Assembly (NCBI RefSeq): GCF_044704955.1
Contig: NC_091982.1
Span: 102,734,001-102,798,000 of the forward strand
Direction of reading: 5' to 3'
DNA length: 64,000 nucleotides
Source of the DNA: Pristiophorus japonicus
Lineage: Eukaryota
Part shown: positions 25,884 through 38,109 of the stretch, piece after piece
Numbering within the stretch: the stretch's first letter is position 1
Layout: every line of letters begins with the position of its first letter
The notes under the pieces: generated by a model
What the model saw: the letters and a program-made list of their open reading frames with translations, nothing else
What the model was told of the DNA's origin: nothing
Database searches by the model: none
Position numbers and translations under genes: made by a program

Positions 25884-28044
25884 ATTATTATCCAAGCAGT
25901 ATGTGGCCTCTTCATTTTTCTTACCAAAATGCACCACCTCATACTTATCTACATTAAAATTAATTTGTCATTTACACACCTACTCTGCAAGGTTATTAAA
26001 ACATTTATTTTTATATTTTGTCACAGTCTTGCTCAGTATTAAATACATCCCCCAATTTGGTGTCATCTGCAAAATTTGAAATTATACCTCCAATTCCAGA
26101 GTCCAAATTGTTACTGCAAAAGGTGAACTACAGTGGTTCCAGCTCCAATCCCTATGGAACACCACTTGCCATATCTTTAACTCCTGCTCTCTGTTTTCTG
26201 TTTTATAGCCAGCTTGCTATCCATTCTGCTACTTGCCCCCTGACTCCACGTGCTCTGACCTTCGTCATGAGTCTGCTATGCAATAACTTATCAAAGACCT
26301 TTTGAAAATCCAAGGGGGAGAAATTGGGTTACTTTGTGCCTCCCGTTAGCGACCCCGGGTAACGCAAATATGTTTTCGCCCAGGCGTGGTGAGAACAGCG
26401 CCTCCTGCTAAACTTGCCGGGGGTTTTGCGGCGGCGGTAACACGTAGAGCCCCGCTCGGCTGAGCCCGGTGATGCTGACATCATCACCGTGCGCAGTGCC
26501 ACATTACTGCCCCAGAACAAAAATTAGCCCTCGCCCCTTGGTTTATTGCCTGGCGCTGACAGCGACACCTATAACTGTTGGGTTTCAGTCGGATTTCAGC
26601 TGGAGGAGCGCTATTTAAAGGCTCCAACATCAGGTAAAGTTTTAGTCGGCCAACAAAGTCTGGTCTGTCCGTTATTAGATTTCTGTATTGTTGACTTACC
26701 AGCACATTATTTCCACTGCTGTACACTAAAACCAATCCCTGCAATGATATTACTGTTTTACTTTGTGTCATCGACATTATCTTTCAGAAGCTAAGACAAG
26801 TGATACACAGGAGTGTGTCAATCTTCACAGGGGATCTAATCTCCTGTTCCCTCTCAGTGTCACCTCAGTGGGTGGAACAAGTGTGGTGACACGATGCAGC
26901 TCCTCAGTGGGATCCTGTGACAAATGCTGGGTTTCAGACGGGTATTGAGATGGTCCTGTCACTACTGCCAGCACCTCAGTGCCATTCTGGCCGCTGTTCT
27001 CCACCTGCCTCCTTTGGATGACAGGTGCTATCCTCCACCTTCTTTCAGCCCTCTGAGGGACCATCTGAAAGGTCAAGTACTCATCTGTCTCTTCGCTTGC
27101 CATACCACAGCTGCTGGATACAAATGATCAGGGTGCTTTGGCCATTACTAAAAAGTGCGAAGCCTGCTAACAAGGATCTCTCTTGCAAATCGTCCAGACT
27201 TCATAGACCACTAGTAAAAACCTCCTGTACATTGGACCCTAAGTTAGCAATCGTGGCAGAGACAGTGCTGAGAAGCAAACTACATCGGTGCTTGGGCCTT
27301 CTGCCCTGGAGTTACTACTCGCTCTAGGGTATAATGCAGCTTCACAAACCCTCGGGTAAGCCTACACAGATGACTGAGCATGTTGCATGTTCTGGGCCAT
27401 TCTGTACAGGGAGCTCTGAAGATTCTCAAAGATCTGTACAACGAGATTCCCCGATTCATGATGTAGCTCAGGATGTAGCCCATCTGGCCCTACCCCTCGC
27501 TTCATCCTGTTGCTGCTGTTATGCTGCCAACTCCACTAGTTCCGCCCCGTTGTTGCTTGAATCCTCACCAGATGCTTCCTGCTGATTCTCTTCTATCTGA
27601 TTCGCCCAAGGTGCATGTTTCTGCACTTGCAGACTCTGGAGTGCTTGATGGGTGCTTATGTGATGGGACTGCTTCCTGCTCCTCCCCAATGACAGCACAG
27701 TGGCCTTATCTTGGGAGAGCCCTGCACAAAAAAAAGGGAACACGTTGGCACAGAGGAAGTTGAACTTTGGTTGGCTGGCATGCAGCCACTAAGCTCTCCT
27801 GCACTTACTGTGCAAATTACTTGGAAGGCCCGCTCCTCAAAGTCCCTTGCGGTGACTCAAGTTAAGTGGTCCGCCTTCAGTAGATGTCCTCTGCCGAAGA
27901 TTGTGTGTGACCTTCAAAACAGGACAGGAGATTTTTCATTAGCAATGAAGACTAGTTGCAGACCTATTGCCCTATCCTCATCCCTCCTGCTGTGAAAGGA
28001 ATGGTGACCATGCACATAGGTTTAGGAGCCATAGTGAGTGGGTG

Positions 28045-31000
28045 AACAAAGATATGAAAAGGAGCAGGAGTAGGCCATTTGGCCCCTCAAGCCTGCTCCA
28101 CCATTCAATAAGATCATGGCTGATCTGATCTTGGTCTCAACTCCACATCCCTGCCCGCTCCCCATAACCCTTGACTTCATTATCGTTCAAATGTCTGTCT
28201 ATCTTCACCTTAAATATATTCAATGACCCAGCCTCCACAGCTCACTGGGGTAGAGAATTCCAAATATTCACGACCCTCTGAGAGAAGATATTCCTCCTCA
28301 TCTCCGTTTTAAATGAACAACCCCTTATTCTGAAACGGTGCCCCCTAGTTCTAGATTCCCCCACGAGGGGAAACATTCTCTCTGCATCTACCCTGTCAAG
28401 CCCCCTCAGAATCTTCTACATTTCAATAAGATCACCTCTCATTTTTCTGAACTCCAGTGAGTATAGGCCCAACCTGCTAAAACTTTCTTCATAAGACAAC
28501 CTCATCATCTCAGGAATTAACCTCGTGAACCTTCTCTGAACTGCCTCCAATGCAAGTATATCCCTTCCTATATAAAGAGACCAAAACTGTACACAGTACT
28601 CCAGGTGTGGTCTCACCAATGCCCTGTACAGTTGTAGCAAGACTTCCCTACTTTACACTCCAACCCCTTGCAATAAAGGCCAACATTCCATTTGTCTTCC
28701 TAATTACTTGCTGTACCTGCATACTAACTTTTTGTGTTTCATGTACAAGGACCCCCCAGATCCCTCTATACCTCAGCATTTTGTAATCTCTCCACATTTA
28801 AATAACAATTTGCTATTTTATTTTTCCTACCAAAGTGGATAACCTCACATTTTCCCACATTATACTCCATCTGCTAAATTTTTGTCCACTCACTTAGCCT
28901 GTCTATATCCCTTTGCAGATTCTTTTCATCCTCTTCACAACTTCTTTCCCACCTGCCTTTGTATCATCAGCAAATTTGGCTACATTACATTTGGTCCCTT
29001 CATCCAAGTCATTAATATAAATTGTAAATAGTTGAGGCCCAGCACTGATCCCTGTGGCACACCACTAGTTACAGTTTGTCAACCTGAAAATGACCCATTT
29101 ATCCCGAGTCTCTGTTTTCTGTGAGTTAGCCAATCCTCTAGCCACGCTTATACATTACCTCCAACTCTGAGCTCTTATCTTGTGCAGTAATCTTTTATGT
29201 GGCACCTTATCCAATACCTTCTGGAAATCCAAATACACGGCATCTACTGGTTCCCTTCATCCACCCTGCTTGTTACATCCTCAAAGAACTCCAGCAAATT
29301 TGACAAACATGATTTCCATTTCATAAAACCATACTGACTCAGCTTGACTGTATTATGATTTTCTAAATGTTCTGCTACTACTTCCTTAATAATGGACTCC
29401 AACATTTTCCCAATAACAGATATTATGCTAACTTGTCTAAAGTTTCCTATTTTCTGTCTCCTTGCTTTCTTGAATAGGGGCGTTACATTTTCAGTTTTCC
29501 AATCTGCTGGGAGTTCTCCAGAATCCAGGAACTTTTGGTAAATTACAACCAATGCATTCGCTATCTCTGCAACCACTTCTTTGAAGATCCTAGGATGCAG
29601 GCCATCAGGTCCAGGGGACTTGTCCACCTTTAGTCCCATTAGTTTGCCTAGTATTTTTTCTCTGGTGATAGTGATTGTTTTATGTTCCCCCTCCCAATAG
29701 CCGCTTGATTATCTATTATTATTGGGATGCTTTTAGTGTCTTCTACTGTGAAGATCGATACAAAATATTTGTTCAAATCTCTGCCATTTCCTTGTTTCCC
29801 ATTATTAATTCCCCAGTCTCATCATCTAAGGGACCAACATTTACTTTAGCTACCTTTTTATACGTCTGTAGAAGCTCTGACTGTTTTTACATTTCTTGCT
29901 AGTTTACTCTCATATCTATCTTCTCTCTCTTTATTATTTTTTTAGTTGTCCTTTGCTGGTTTCTACAAATTTCCCAATCCTCTGGCCTACCACTAATCTT
30001 TGCAACATTGTATGCCTTTGTTTTCAATTTGATACTATCCTTAACTTCTTTAGTTAGCCACGGATGGTTCATCCTTCTGTAAGAGTCTTTCTTTCTCACT
30101 GGAATATATCTTTGCTGATAGTTATGAACTATCTCCTTAAATGTATGCCATTGTTTACCTACCATCTAACCCTTTAATCTATTTTCCTAGTCCACTTTAG
30201 CCAACTCTGCATTCATGCCTTTGCAATCACCTTTATTTAAGTTCAGGACCCTAGTTTGAGACCCAACTTTCTCACCCACAAACTGAATTTGAAATTCTAC
30301 CATGCTATCTATGATCCCTAGAGGATCTTTTACGATGAAATCATTAATTAATCCTATCTCATTACACATTACCAGATCTAAAATAGCCTATTCCCTGGCT
30401 GGTTCCACAATGTATTGTTCTAAGAAACCATCCCGAATACACTTTATGAACGTCCTCAAAGGTACCAATTTGTTTTGTCCAATCTATATGAAGATTAAAA
30501 TCGGCCATGATTATTGCAGTATCTTTCTTACAAGCCTCTATTATTTCTTGATTTATACTCTTAGCTGCAATACAGCTTCTGTTAGGGGGCCTATAGACTA
30601 CTCCCACCAGTGACATCTTTCCCTTATTATTTCTTATCTCCACCCAAACTGATTCTACATCTTAATCTTTTGAGCCAATATAATTTCTCATTACTACACT
30701 TTATTAACAGAGCTACCCCACCTCTTTTTCCTTTTTGCCTGTCCTTCCGAAATGTCAAATACCTCTGAATATTCAGTTCCCAGCCTTGGTCACCTTACAC
30801 CCACATCTCTGTCATACCCATTTATTTCTATTTGTGCCATCAACTCATCTATTTTGTTACAACTGCTGCATGCATTCAGATAAATAGCTTTTAATTTTGT
30901 AATTTTACCATTTTTCTCTACTCTGACTCTACTTTCTGATGCACTCTTATATTTATACGCTCTGCCCCTTCCTGTCACTCTCTGGTTATCATTACCCCTA

Positions 31001-34000
31001 TCGCTAACCCCACACTATTGCCTTCTTCTTTCTCTTTGACTTTTTAAATTTCCCCTCATCTGAACCCTCCTGCCCACTATTTAGTTTAAAGCCCTATCTA
31101 CAGATCTAGTTATTCGATTCGCCAGGACACTGGTCCCAGCATGGTTCAAGTGAAGCCCGTCCCAATGGAATAGTTTCCTCCCGCCTTCTCCCGCCACTCT
31201 CCTGCCGCTCTCCCACTGCTGTAAAGCACACACCTTCACAATGTTAAAAACATGTTAAACTCGGTGCAACCTCACATTTACTGTTTAAAAAGACAATTCC
31301 ACAAATCAAAAACAGTCGGTAGCAGTGTGATGTATTTAATTCCTGCATGTATGTATTAGTTTATCTTTATGACTATTGGTGCCAGTGCCCCATGAATCAA
31401 AACCCATTTCTCCCACATCAATCTTTGAGCCACGCATTCATCTCTCTGATCCTATTCACCCTATGCCAGGTGGCTCAGGTCATAATCCAGAGATTATTAC
31501 CTTTGTAGTTCTGCCTTTTAATTTAGTCCCTAGCTGCTCATACTCCCTCAACAGAATCTCTTTTTTTGGCCCAGCTATGTCGTTGGTACCTACGTGGACC
31601 ACGACAATTGGATATTTCCCTGCTCACTCCATGTTCCTCTCCAGTCCAGCGGAGATGTCCTTAACTCTGGTCACTGGACTGGAGAGCGACAACACAGCCT
31701 TCGGGACTCACTTTCTTGGCTGCAGAGAACAGTATCTATCATCCTAACTATACTTGTCCCTACCACTACTACATTTCTTTTTACTCCCCTAACTTGAATG
31801 GCCCCCTGTACCACGGTGATGTGGTCAGTTTGCTCATCCTCCCTGCAGTCGCTACTCTCATCCACACAGGGAGTAAGAGTCTCGTACCTTTGGACAAGAG
31901 CAAGGGCTGAGGCTCCTCCATCACTACATCCTGGGTCCCCATACCTGCCTCGCTCATAGTCATACCCTCCTGTCCCTGGCCACAGACCAAATTTGAAGTA
32001 TTTAACCTAAGGGGTGTGACTGCCTCCTGGAACACAGCGTCCAGATAACTCTCCCCCTCCCTGATGTATCACAGTGTCTGAAGCTCGGACTCCAGCTCAT
32101 CAACTGTGAGCCAAATTCCTCGAGCAGCTGACACTTACTGCAGATGTGGTCACCATGGATCATGCTGATGTCCACCAGCTCCCACATATTGCAGCTGTAA
32201 CACATTGCCTCCCCTGCCATCTATATTGTATTTTATTTAACTAATTAGGTTTTCAAGTTTTGAAATTTCAATTATCTACGTATGGTTTTTAATCTGTAAT
32301 CACAGCTCTTAATTTAAACCAATGCTCAAGTTTAGAAAAAAGAGAGTAATACTCACCAACCAATCACTTACCTGCTTTCCTGTGACATCACACTTTGATT
32401 TTTCCCCCCCCCTCACAATTCCGTTCGCCCTGCTCTCAGTTAGTTGTTTTTGTAGTCCTGGCTACTCCCACTTTCGGCCCATGGTCTCGGCCCAGATCTC
32501 AGCCCCTGGTCTCGGGCCCTGGTCTCGGGCGCTGTTTATATTGTCCTGGCTGTTCCCGCTCTCGGCCCCTAGTCTCGGGCCCTGGTCTCGGGCGCTGTTT
32601 ATATTGTCTCGGTGGCTCACAGTCTCGGGCCCTGATCTCGGGCGCTGTTTATATTGTCTCGGTGGCTCACAGTCTCGGGCCCTGGTCTCGGGCGCTGTTT
32701 ATATTGTCCCAGATGTTTCCGCTCTCAGCCCCTGGTCTTGGCCCCTGGTGTCAGGCACTGTTTATATTGTCCCGGCTGTTCCCGCTCTCGGCCCCTGGTC
32801 TTGGCCCCTGGTGTCAGGCACTGCTTATATTGTCCCGGATGTTCCCGCTCTCGGCCCCTGGTGTCGGGCGCTGTTTATATTGTCCCAGGTGTTCCCGCTC
32901 TCGGCCCCTGGTCTTGGCCCCTGGTCTCGTGCGCTGTTTATATTGTCCCGGCTGTTCCCGCTCTCCGCCCCGAGTCTCGGCCCCTGGTCTCGGCCCCTGG
33001 TCTCGGCTCGGTCTCAGCCCCTGGTCTCGGGCGCTGTTTATATTGTCCCGGCTGTTCCCGCTCTCGGCCCCTGGTCTCGGGCGCTGTTTATATTGTCCCG
33101 GCTGTTCCCGCTTTCAATCCATGGTCTCGGCCCCTGGTCTCGGGCGCTGTTTATATTGTTCCGGCTGTTCTCGCTCTCGGCCCCTAGTCTCGGCCCCTGG
33201 TCTCGGCCCGGTCTCGGCCCCGGTCTCAGCCCCTGGTCTCGGGCGCTGTTTATATTGTCCCGGCTGTTCCCGCTTTCAGTCCATGGTCTCGGCCCCTGGT
33301 CTCGGGAGCTGTTTATATTGTCCCGGCTGTTCTCGCTCTCGGCCCCTAGTCTCGGCCCCTAGTCTCGGCCCCGGTCTCGGCCCCTGGTCTCGGGCGCTGT
33401 TTATGTTGTCCCGGCTGTTCCCACTCTCGGCCCCTGGTCTCGGCCCCTGGTCTCGGGCGCTGTTTATATTGTCCCGGCTGTTCCCGCTCTCGGCCCCTGG
33501 TCTCGGCCCCTGGTCTCGGGCACTGTTTATATTGTCCCGGCTGTTCCCGCTCTCGGCCCCTAGTCTCGGCCTCTGGCCTCGGCCTCTGGTCTCGGCCCCT
33601 GGTCTCGGGCGCTGTTTATATTGTCCCGGCTGTTCCCGCTCTCGGCCCCTGGTCTCGGGTGCTGTTTATATTGTCCCGGCTGTTCCCGCTCTCGGCCCCT
33701 GGTCTCAGCCCCTGGTGTCAGGCACTATTTATATTGTCCCGGCTGTTCCCGCTCTCGGCCCCTGGTCTCGGACCCTGGTGTCAGGCACTGTTTATATTGT
33801 CCCGGATGTTCCAGCTCTCGGCCCCTGGTCTTGGCCCCTGGTGTCGGGCGTTGTTTATATTGTCCCAGGTGTTCCCGGTCTCGGCCCCTAGTCTCGGGCA
33901 CTGTTTATATTGTCCCGGCTGTTCCCGCTTTCAGTCCATGGTTTCGGCCCCTGGTCTCGGGCGCTGTTTATATTGTTCCGGCTGTTCTCGCTCTCGGCCC

Positions 34001-34830
34001 CTAGTCTCGGCCCCTGGTCTCGGCCTGGTCTCGGCCCCGGTCTCAGCCCCTGGTCTCGGGCGCTGTTTATATTGTCCCAGCTGTTCCCGCTTTCAGTCCA
34101 TGGTCTCGGCCCCTGGTCTCGGGAGCTGTTTATATTGTCCCGGCTGTTCTCGCTCTCGGCCCCTAGTCTCGGCCCCTGGTCTCGGCCCCGGTCTCGGCCC
34201 CTGGTCTTGGGCGCTGTTTATGTTGTCCTGGCTGTTCCCACTCTCGGCCCCTGGTCTCGGCCCCTGGTCTCGGGCGCTGTTTATATTGTCCCGGCTGTTC
34301 TCGCTCTCGGCCCCTAGTCTCGGCCCCTGGTCTCGGCCCCTGGTCTCGGCCTCTGGTCTCGGCCCCTGGTCTCGGGCGCTGTTTATATTGTCCCGGCTGT
34401 TCCCGCTCTCGGCCCCTGGTCTCGGCCCCTGGTCTCGGGCGCTGTTTATATTGTCCCGGCTGTTCCCGCTCTCGGGCCCTAGTCTCGGCCCCTGGTCTCG
34501 GCCCCTGGTCTCTGGCGCTGTTTATATTGTCCCGGCTGTTCCCGCTCTCGGGCCCTCATCTCGGCCCCTGGTCTCGGCCCCTGGTCTCGGGCGCTGTTTA
34601 TATTGTCCCGGCTGTTCCCGCTCTCGGCCCCTGGTCTCAGCCCCTGGTCTCGGCCCCTGGTCTCGGGCGCTGTTTATATTGTCCCGGCTGTTCCCGCTCT
34701 CGGCCCTGGTCTCGGCCCCTGGTCTCGGGCGCTGTTTATATTGTCCTGGCTGTTCCCACTCTCGGCCCGGTCTCGCCCCGGTCTCAGCCCCTGGTCTCGA
34801 GCGCTGTTTTTGTAGTTCCGGCTGCTCCCA
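28045..34830 (-). mobile_element. Near full-length CR1 (ORF1 zinc-finger + SGNH esterase, ORF2 APE-RT, 5' tandem array), degenerate
   Basis: ORF1 MAGEAMCYSC...CSKC (ATG 32220), VVVVGTSIVR; ORF2 YLNACS, GVVYRPP, SPGPDGLHPR, LVRPHLEYC; ~190 bp foreign insert at 31181-31373. Confidence 0.92.
32472..34830 (-). repeat. Composite tandem array at the CR1 5' end: 37-bp core + 1-5 copies of a 13-mer, ~33 units
   Basis: Plus-strand core GGGCGCTGTTTATATTGTCCCGGCTGTTCCCGCTCTC, 13-mer GGCCCCTGGTCTC; periods 50/63/76/88/99 bp. Confidence 0.97.
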
Positions 34831-37408
34831 GAAACATGCACATTTCTGTGACTGAAAGAAAGCCTTGGCTTTCCTCTTTTGCTAAATTGGAGTTGCGGCT
34901 TCAATGAGATGGTAGTGAGAGGGTGTTCGATGTGACTGTCTTAGGCCAGTGCTTTGCATAGTTGATTTTGCAGCACTCTGTAGACTGAGTGCTAGGTACA
35001 AGCCTATTAGAGGATTTCCTTTCCTTTAAGTGAATGACATTTATGAAGTTTACTGTTGTACTCTTCCTCAGTCCTGAGACCTTGATTGAATGTTCACTCC
35101 TCCTACAACCTATGGATGGGCGAGGCTGCATTCACTCTGTTCACCATCTCCTGCTATACCTGAGCTTCATCTCATCTAGCCAGACCTCCAGGCTCACCTC
35201 AGTGAAGGGAGCGCTTATTAGAGCTCCCACAGTTGTCATTTTACAAAGCAGTGTTGCAGTCCTTTGAGTGTAGCAGCCCTTTAAGAGTTGCTGCACTTCA
35301 GATGCCTTCCTCCCCTCCCCAGGTGACTCAATACTTCCCTTAAATGTAAAAACTGCACAGAAAACTGAAGCAAATTATTTAAATTAGCTGACTCTACTGA
35401 ATCCGGTGTGGTCAATTGACCAAACAACCTACAGGAGTGAACCACAAGTGTCAGGAGCTCAGGCTGTATTTTAACCTGATTAAGGAATTGGCCCATGTAT
35501 TGTGTACATAGCTTTGCATGATAGTATTCCAAATTTCAGAGGAGGCTCATACCACCGGTGTCTACCTATCAATGAATGCCCGCTGCCTAAGGAGTTGGAT
35601 TCTCTTTAGTTGGCCCATATAGAGTGCTTACCATGCACTTCATGATGTTAGGTTGCTTTTATAAATTTACTTGTGAACACTTTTGTACCTTATCACAGTT
35701 ACACATTCCTACTGATCAGTGCCAAAGACTGATAAGGGAATCCCCACTTCCCAACAAACTAGAGTGTTCAATGTCTAAGTAATTGCAATGAGCCCAGGGG
35801 TCAAACAGAAACCCATGTCACTAAATTTGGCTTGCTGGATAAAACCCATGGCGTCATGCAATCACACTGACTTTGGAAAGCAGTTGGCTAAACACTCTAT
35901 CATATCATGGCTTAGGCTAAAACTACCAAAGAGATTTATTTACAATTAATGGATAGGCACACATAAACATCAGATATACAGAACTTAACCATCCCTCCTG
36001 AGAAGATAAGAAATAATAAACAGTCATGTCTCCCATGTTAAAACTCGTGGGCTAGAAATTCGTCTCGGGCAGTGGTGCAACACAGGCATTATCGGATCGG
36101 CCTCCCGTTATATCCAGTGCCTGATATTCAGCTCCACTGCAGTCAACCCTTCACAGAGCTTCCTGCTTGTCAATCTCTCTCTTGCTCTACTGGCTTCCGA
36201 AGGACTGGTGAACTCAGACAAGTTGTCCTGAGATTTATGTTCCAATTCCTTTGAAATACAACTGGTGAACAAAGGAAATCAAAAATGTATACATATCTCC
36301 GAATTTCTGACAAACATGCGCAGGATGTCATAGATAATGGCTGGGTTTCCCTGTAACTGTCTCCAGGGAGATAACTCAGAAGCCTCTCAATTTCTGGCAG
36401 CGTGCAAACAGCTTACTAGAAATTATGCCAACACACCGAATCAAATATCAGAGCTGGACCTCTACTGAGCTAACAGCTGCTAGAATAATTTAATTGTCAT
36501 CACGTTGTGAGAGCCCCAGTGAAATCAATGAACAAAACAATAAGTTGAACAAGGGTGCAATTTAAGGCATTTACTTATTAATGTCTCCCTGATACCTGTA
36601 ACAGTCATGTCACTTGTTTCCTGAAATGTTGCGTATCAAACAGACGAGTTTATTTTCTTTAGGTGAATCTGGTTTTCACCACAAAGGTACTGTGATGAAA
36701 GGAAAAGGCAACAGAAAACCATACAAAAATGAATGACCATGAAATCCAGTGATTGTTGTCATGTAGACAGAAGCAGCAGCGATTTTGCATCCACAAAGAG
36801 CAACAAGAACAAGGGCCAGTCAAACCTACTCCTGTGGCGTTGGTTGAAGGAGGAGTGTTGACTAGGAAACTGAAACTACTTCCTGCTCCATATGTTGCTA
36901 TGGCCTGTTAACATTGACCTAATTAAAGCATGTAGAACCTTATTTTAAGGCCTTATGTGAGAGACAATAGGGACAATTTTCTTCGGGGGGGAGGCATGGG
37001 TGGGAAGGGGCAGTGGGGACAGCGGGAGCTTTGTACATCCAACAGTTGCAGCATAATTGTGTGAGGCAAGGTGCCCACAATTTTCTTGTCCAGGGCTATG
37101 TGTATCGTCTGGGTGTACTCCCAGGTAGGCTTGGAGCCTGGTGGGGCCTTACACTGGAAATGATGGACAGCAACAGGAGCAGAGCTGAAGGCCTGGATGC
37201 CAGTTGGAGAGCAGCAAAACAGAAAGCCCCAAAGCCAAAGATCATCCTAGGGCAAGTGAAGATCTGAATTCCTGTGCCGATATTCTATCTTTGGGCTTCC
37301 CGGAAGCACTCACAAGTACTCTGTTACAAATAGGGTCCCAATGCATGTCCCAATGTCACGTTTCTTTGGGCTGGGATACATCTTGGTCCAACTACTTATT
37401 ACTAGAGG

Positions 37409-37665
37409 GAACAACATCAACAACAACTTGCATTTATATAACAGCTTTAACATAGTAAAATGTCCCAAGCTGCTTCACAAAAATGTTATAAGACAAAAAA
37501 ATTAATTTGAAATCAAGCCAGATACGAAAAAATTACGGCAGATAACCAAAAGCTCAGTCAAAGAGGTACATTTTAAGGAGCATCTTGAAGGAAGTAAAGA
37601 GAGGTAGAGAGGCAGAGAGGTTTCGGGAGGGAGTTCCAGAGCTTCAGGCCCAGGCAGCTGAAGGT
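37409..37665 (-). mobile_element. L2 LINE 3' fragment
   Basis: ACAACAACTTGCATTTATAT tail and GGGAGTTCCAGAGC...GGCAGCTGAAGG; homologous to 57953-58200. Confidence 0.75.
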
Positions 37666-38035
37666 ATGATAGTATAGTAGTAATGTTACTGGACTAGTAA
37701 TCAAGAGGCCTGGACTAATAATCTGAGGACAACAGTTTAAATCCCATGGCAGCTGGGGAATTTAAATTCAGTTAAATAAACCTGGAATAAACTAGTATCA
37801 GTAATAGTGACCAGGTCACTACCGGATTGTCGTAAAAACCTGACTAGTTCACTAATGTCCTTTAGGGAAATAAATCTGCCATCCTTACCTGGTCTGGCCT
37901 ATATGTGACAGCAATGTGGTTGACTCTTAACTGCCCTCTGAATTGGCCTAGCAAGCCACTCAAGGGCAATTAGGGATGGACAATAAATGCTGGCCTTGCC
38001 AGCAATGCCCACATGCTGTGAATGAATGAAAAAAA
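37666..38035 (+). mobile_element. tRNA-headed SINE with LINE-derived tail
   Basis: Degenerate A/B-box head, core GTTCACTAATGTCCTTTAGGGAA, tail GGGCAATTAGGGATGGACAATAAATGCTGGCCTTGCCAGC, A-rich end. Confidence 0.8.
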
Positions 38036-38109
38036 CCTCCCAAATAAACTGGAAAGAAGAGGTAGGTAGAGAGTAATAAAGAATAGAGTTTTTACTGTGT
38101 GTTTAGGAC

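Larger units (their letters stand above)
23157..26312 (-). mobile_element. Old CR1 3' half, broken by later insertions (pieces ~23157-23396, 24662-25211, 25884-26312)
   Basis: ACATAGAATTACATAGAA tail; CAAGTTCCACATTCTA|ACCACTCTCTGGG rejoins across inserts; KFADDTK region at 26050-26075. Confidence 0.75.
26314..35494 (-). mobile_element. Degenerate Harbinger derivative with Myb/SANT gene remnants, split by a full-length CR1 (28045-34830)
   Basis: TIR-like GGGGGAGAAATTGGG at 26314; exon-1 remnant 35060-35239 (MTTVGALISAPFTEVSLEVWLDEM...QEMVNRVNAASPIHR); exon-2 remnant ~27720-27911 (VTHNLRQRTSTEGGP...FEERAFQVI); right end uncertain. Confidence 0.55.

Noticed and set aside
32472-34830. CRISPR-like repeat/spacer appearance
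   Set aside because: The intervening sequences are copies of one 13-mer rather than unique spacers, there are no cas genes, and the context is eukaryotic.
32322-34907. Long plus-strand ORFs (346, 498, 398 aa)
   Set aside because: Open in several frames only because the tandem repeat is poor in stop codons; repetitive translation.
37666-37760. tRNA gene
   Set aside because: Degenerate SINE head; no intact cloverleaf or B box.
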